DNA from: Octopus vulgaris
Taxonomy: Eukaryota
NCBI GenBank assembly: GCA_951406725.2
Contig: OX597830.1
Location: forward strand, 71,362,001 to 71,426,000
Length of the DNA stretch: 64,000 bases
Direction: 5' to 3'
Shown: positions 59,036 to 64,000 of the stretch, one piece after another
How positions within the stretch are numbered: the first letter of the stretch is position 1
Layout: each line of letters opens with the position of its first letter
Program-made: the position numbers and the translations under genes
The notes under the pieces: model-generated
Told to the model about the DNA's origin: nothing
The model's database searches: none
The model's input: the letters and a program-made list of their open reading frames with translations, nothing else

Positions 59036-59078
59036 CCACTACAATCGTTTCATGTCTTCAATGACATTCGTCAGGTGG
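59036..59078 (-). ncRNA. Type I minimal hammerhead ribozyme, minus-strand copy
   Basis: Exact reverse complement of 59292-59334. Confidence 0.85.
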
Positions 59079-59291
59079 ATTTTCGATCTCCTAATCTGTT
59101 TTAATTTATGAATACTGGGGTCGATTCTCTCGGCTAAAATCCTTCGAGTCTGCCCTAGCATGACCCTAATCTGAAATGACTGAAACAAGTAAAACATAAA
59201 AATAAAAGATGTTTTATATATTTTCCTTGGCTACTGATTCATGCTTGTTGAGGAATGTAAATAAATTAAAACAGATTAGGAGATCGAAAAT

Positions 59292-59334
59292 CCACCTGAC
59301 GAATGTCATTGAAGACATGAAACGATTGTAGTGG
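59292..59334 (+). ncRNA. Type I minimal hammerhead ribozyme
   Basis: CCAC-CTGACGA-ATGTC-ATTGAA-GACAT-GAAAC-GATT-GTA-GTGG; complete core, stems I-III, GUA cleavage triplet. Confidence 0.88.
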
Positions 59335-59432
59335 CGGTTTATTTCTTTATATTAAAAATTTTTATGTATTGATTAAGTCTTTCCTTGTTTGTTTTGCAAA
59401 ATAGTGGTTTTGTCTCGAATTATATTATATAC

Positions 59433-59572
<140 letters not shown>

Positions 59573-61115
59573 GACGAGCTTCCTTCAGTTTCCGTTTGCC
59601 AAATTCACTCACAATGCTTTGATTGGCTCGTGGCTATAGTTGCAGACATTTGCCCAAGGTGCCACGCTGTGGGACTGAACTCCGGAACCATATGGTTGGG
59701 AAGCAAACATCTTAGCACACAGCCTAACCGCCTATGAGGAAAAAAAATGCTTACAATTATTTTTTTCTTTCCTCTGTCTCTCCCTCTCTCTGTCCTCCCT
59801 CTCTCTCTCTTTGCTTATGTGTTTGTCTGCTCTATTTTTCGCGTCATTTCATTAAGGTACACGCGCGCGCGTGCACACACACAATGTATGTTGATACATT
59901 TATATATGTATGTGTATATATGTATGGCTATTTATTTCCGGTAGTGATTGTGAGAACTTTCTTGCCGTTTGTTTCCTATAATTCGTTGAATCTCTATTAA
60001 CTAATAGCGATTCTTTTACTATTTAGCTTTCGATTTGATTAACTTCACGCCTATTATGGCACTTTGAACTAGAATCAAGAAAGAACCAAATGATGGAACT
60101 TAATATGGTTAAAAGGCACTTCCGGAGATACTATAAATCAATGTATTTGTCAAAGAAATGGCGGAAACATCTTGTAGAACCGAACATAATTATCAGATAC
60201 TGAAAGTAATTACAACGTTTCGTTATGAAAAATAAACACCGCAACGAAACAATGAATGGCGTGGATGAATTTGTATGACAACCGCTAACTATAGAAAATA
60301 ATATCAATTTTATAGAAAATATTAAGGCTCTTGTTGGTGCTGCTGTTTAGCCGTTTAGCCACACGTCATCTTTCATCCACGAGATGAATTAAAGGTGTTT
60401 TTACCAGTTTTTACCATTTCGTATTTTGTATATCCAAAGAGTTATTCGTGTGAGAGAAAAAGTTACAATGCGACTGATTTGAAAGGAGAATCGTTGGAGA
60501 AATGTCGTACAGTAACTAGTCCAGCTCTTTGCCATTCTATGTTCAGTTCAAAGCATGCCGAAGGCGATTTTGCTTATTATTGCTTGAACGGGTGAAAATT
60601 CACCCCAGCATCGGCCAGTAAGAACGTCAGATGCACTTTGACATTTTGGGTGTTTTTTATTGAAACGTACTTTTAATCAGCGACATACTCGGATGAGAAT
60701 GCGTCGAGAATAAAAACACGAATGTTACAAATTATACCGGATAAAAACAATGTACTCCTCATTTACTGAGTTTTCTCTCATTTACTCGTTCTCTCTCTTC
60801 CTCCATCTTCTTCTTTGAATTGGATATTCTGTGCTCGTAGAGGGATGTGGTGAAGAACTACAGAAACTCTTTCAAAGCCACGACTTCCTCACTATTGCAT
60901 TAAAAAAATGAGGTCGATGAGGCTCTAGTAGCATATGACACATGATGATGGATGAAATAGTAAAAACATTAATAATGAAGCTACCTTTCATAGGCACAAG
61001 ACCTCTAGATTTGTTCTCAGTTGTTGGTACATATTCGATTGCCATCTAAGTAATGAACTGTAATTTTCCGTTACATTATCTGATATAACAATGTTGCATA
61101 TCGCTACTACATTAG

Positions 61116-61200
61116 TATTGGGTTGTCCGGAAAGTTCGTGCCGATTTTTAAAAGAAAGAAAAAGGTCAATAAATACTTGCTATTAAATTTTTGATCAACC
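61116..61200 (+). mobile_element. Possible solitary mariner terminus
   Basis: TATTGGGTTGTCCGGAAAGTTCGTGCCGATTT resembles mariner TIRs; partner TIR not found. Confidence 0.45.
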
Positions 61201-61253
61201 AAATGTGAACCATTTTCTTTGTCGCTTTGATGGCATGCACTGCTCTCTCACTC

Positions 61254-61312
<59 letters not shown>

Positions 61313-61364
61313 TAATAATGATAATAATGATAATAATAATAATGATAATAATAATAATAATAAT

Positions 61365-61570
61365 ATTTTCTACTGAAGGAACAAGGCCTCATATTTGTGG
61401 GGAGGGGAGTTGTCGACACCAGTGTTTCACTGGTACTTAATTTCTCGACCTCGAAAGTATGAAAGGCAAAGTCGATCGCGGCGGAATTCGAACTCAGAAC
61501 GTAAAGATGGACGTAATGCCGCTAAACATTTTACCCGGGGTGTTAACGGCTCTGCCAGCTCGCCGCCTTA
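61365..61570 (-). mobile_element. SINE family B with (AAT)n tail
   Basis: Family B head and central block in reverse. Confidence 0.82.
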
Positions 61571-61831
61571 ACACTTTGTAATATTTAAGCTATGTCTTCA
61601 TTTATTTTGTGTTCCTTGTTCATATACTTCATCACCTGTTTTTCCTCTTCATATTCCTTATATCTGCACTCAGATTTCTTTTGTAGACAGCTTCCAAAAT
61701 GCTGGTTGCTTACACATCAAAACTAAGCAAACTGCCATGTATGTATGTACGTACGTATGTATGTATGTATTTATGTATGTATGTATGTATGTATGTATGT
61801 ATGTATGTATGTATGTATGTATGTATGTATG

Positions 61832-61865
<34 letters not shown>

Positions 61866-61995
61866 CTTATCTATGTGTGTGCTTATATATATATTAATAT
61901 ATGTGTATATACATGCCTGTTTGTGTGTATGTGTATTTCTGCGTATGGATAAATATATATCAGGGCACACAACACACGCACACACAACAAACACA

Positions 61996-62027
<32 letters not shown>

Positions 62028-62273
62028 ACACATACACTTAGCTCATACGCCTTGCCTTCGTCACAGATAATAAATTATGAAAAACAATTTTCCTACTTAA
62101 GGCTTTTTACTTAATTCATTATCCCTTCATTGTCTATTGGCTGTGTTGTTTTTTTGTTTGTTTTAGTGTTGCATTTTTGTTTTTCCTTTCTTCATTTCCG
62201 TCCATATTTATTCTTTCTATCTTTGAAGCTTTCTTCATTTTACACACACACACACAAATATATACATACAAAT

Positions 62274-62383
<110 letters not shown>

Positions 62384-62502
62384 CACTCTCTCTATTTTCC
62401 CCAACTTAAGTACTAGAAATATCTAACTAAAAGTACTTTTAGTTCATATCCTTTGATTTTCATTTAATAATTTGCGTCTTTCTTGCTTTTTTCTTTACTG
62501 TG

Positions 62503-62582
<80 letters not shown>

Positions 62583-62802
62583 AAATGCAATAACCATAAT
62601 GTTAGGGACAGTTCTGGTATGTTTTCCAAAACAAGTGTTCACGAAATATCCTAATTCTTTTGGTTTTGAGGTACTTGAGGACATACTTTTTGGGGGTCAT
62701 TGCTGCATTTTTACTAACTCTATATAATCTTTGTTTCAGAAAATAATAATGGTAGACCCTCAGTTCACTCAAGAAACGAAGAAGCATGCTGTTATTTTGG
62801 TT

Positions 62803-62852
<50 letters not shown>

Positions 62853-63156
62853 GTTCTATTGACCTTTGTCCTATTTGTTCCAATTTGCTCCATCTTCAGT
62901 GAATATAATATACGTATTAGCTGTGACTAAGCTTAAGGTCTCTCTGATGACATTATATGTAACACTTCTAATTACAACGGATAAGAATTCTTCTTAAAGT
63001 CCAAAGAAACTTACTAATATGAATTTCAATATCTGAAAAAGAAGGTTATGCTGTCTCTAGTATATCGAATTATTTAACTCTATATTAATTTTGATTATAT
63101 GTATGCATATTAACATTGAATTATGCCAGATGAATAAGAGACGAGTGCTGAATGAT

Positions 63157-63748
63157 GCATGGTATAGAGTATTTAAACTGGATATATACATCATCACTGG
63201 ATTTTCACACCGTTGTAAACTTGAGTCGACGCTTATATTACAGGCATGAGATCGCAGTTGCTTGAAACTCGGGTTTCAATAAGCTACATATTCAATATAT
63301 TTTTGCTTACCTTCATCGTGACATGGTTCAATATACTGTGGCTTGGCTTCTTTTTATGATTATTCTTATTGTTATTATTGCTTTCTGCATTCGCCAGTTA
63401 TTGCTGAAAAAGTAATTATTTTCTAACGTACACACACACACACACACACGCTTCTATATATCTTCAGTTATTGCTGCCTTGCATGGTATAGAGTATTCAA
63501 ACTGAATATCACTGGATTCTCAACACGTTGCGAACTTGAGTCGAGAAATAAATTTCTGGCATGAAGATCGCGATTGCTTGAAACTCAAGTTTCAATAAAC
63601 TACATAAGCTATATATTTTTGTTTGCCTTCATTGTGACAGGATGCCATGTACAATAGCTTGGTTTCTTTTTTTCATTATTTTTATTGTTATTATTATTGC
63701 TTTCTGCATTCGCCAATTATCGCGAAAGAAATTGTTTTCTATCGTCTA

Positions 63749-63804
<56 letters not shown>

Positions 63805-63835
63805 CGCACATATTCATTTATTTATTGCTGTCATA
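63157..63835. repeat. Diverged tandem duplication, unit about 325-350 bp
   Basis: TGCATGGTATAGAGTATT at 63157 and 63480; colinear motifs through (CA)n and TTATTGCTG. Confidence 0.88.
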
Positions 63836-64000
63836 TATGAATCCCAAATATCGCACTCCATCATCTATTTACCCTTTTCCATCTTAATCTATCTCAGCAT
63901 TGTCTTTGTTTTTTTTTTTGTTTTTATTTTTCTCTTTTCTCTCTTCTTCATTCAACCGTCACTACACCTCCTTCCATCGAAAAAAGCAAAGCTTTCCATA

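Larger units (their letters stand above)
58593..59431. repeat. Interleaved inverted repeats A(58593-58747) B(58939-59109) A'(59112-59266) B'(59261-59431)
   Basis: Near-exact reverse complements found by direct comparison. Confidence 0.95.

Noticed and set aside
62940-62970. CTGATGA followed by a small hairpin
   Set aside because: GAAAC and stem I partner absent

Overview
AT-rich, microsatellite-saturated eukaryotic intergenic or intronic DNA. The SINE repertoire and repeat texture suggest an octopus or other coleoid cephalopod, which is inferred rather than proven. No intact host gene is evident, and nearly all ORFs in the track are simple-repeat artefacts. Recognisable content: many copies of at least three tRNA-derived SINE families (nested, dimeric and chimeric), a hAT MITE with an 8-bp TSD, mariner deletion derivatives, and a frameshifted Helitron PIF1-helicase fragment flanked by a direct duplication. 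The most interesting signal is a set of type I hammerhead ribozyme (HHR) motifs in Penelope-like (PLE) pseudo-LTR fragments next to (TA)n tracts. These include an intact minimal HHR present on both strands inside an interleaved A-B-A'-B' inverted duplication (58593-59431), an HHR whose stem II encloses a 73-nt loop (23156-23283), and two copies of a family sharing an A6U core change. A short unique island near 49.8-50.3 kb carries YY1-, ETS- and CTCF-like motifs. Coordinates were read by eye and element ends are approximate.
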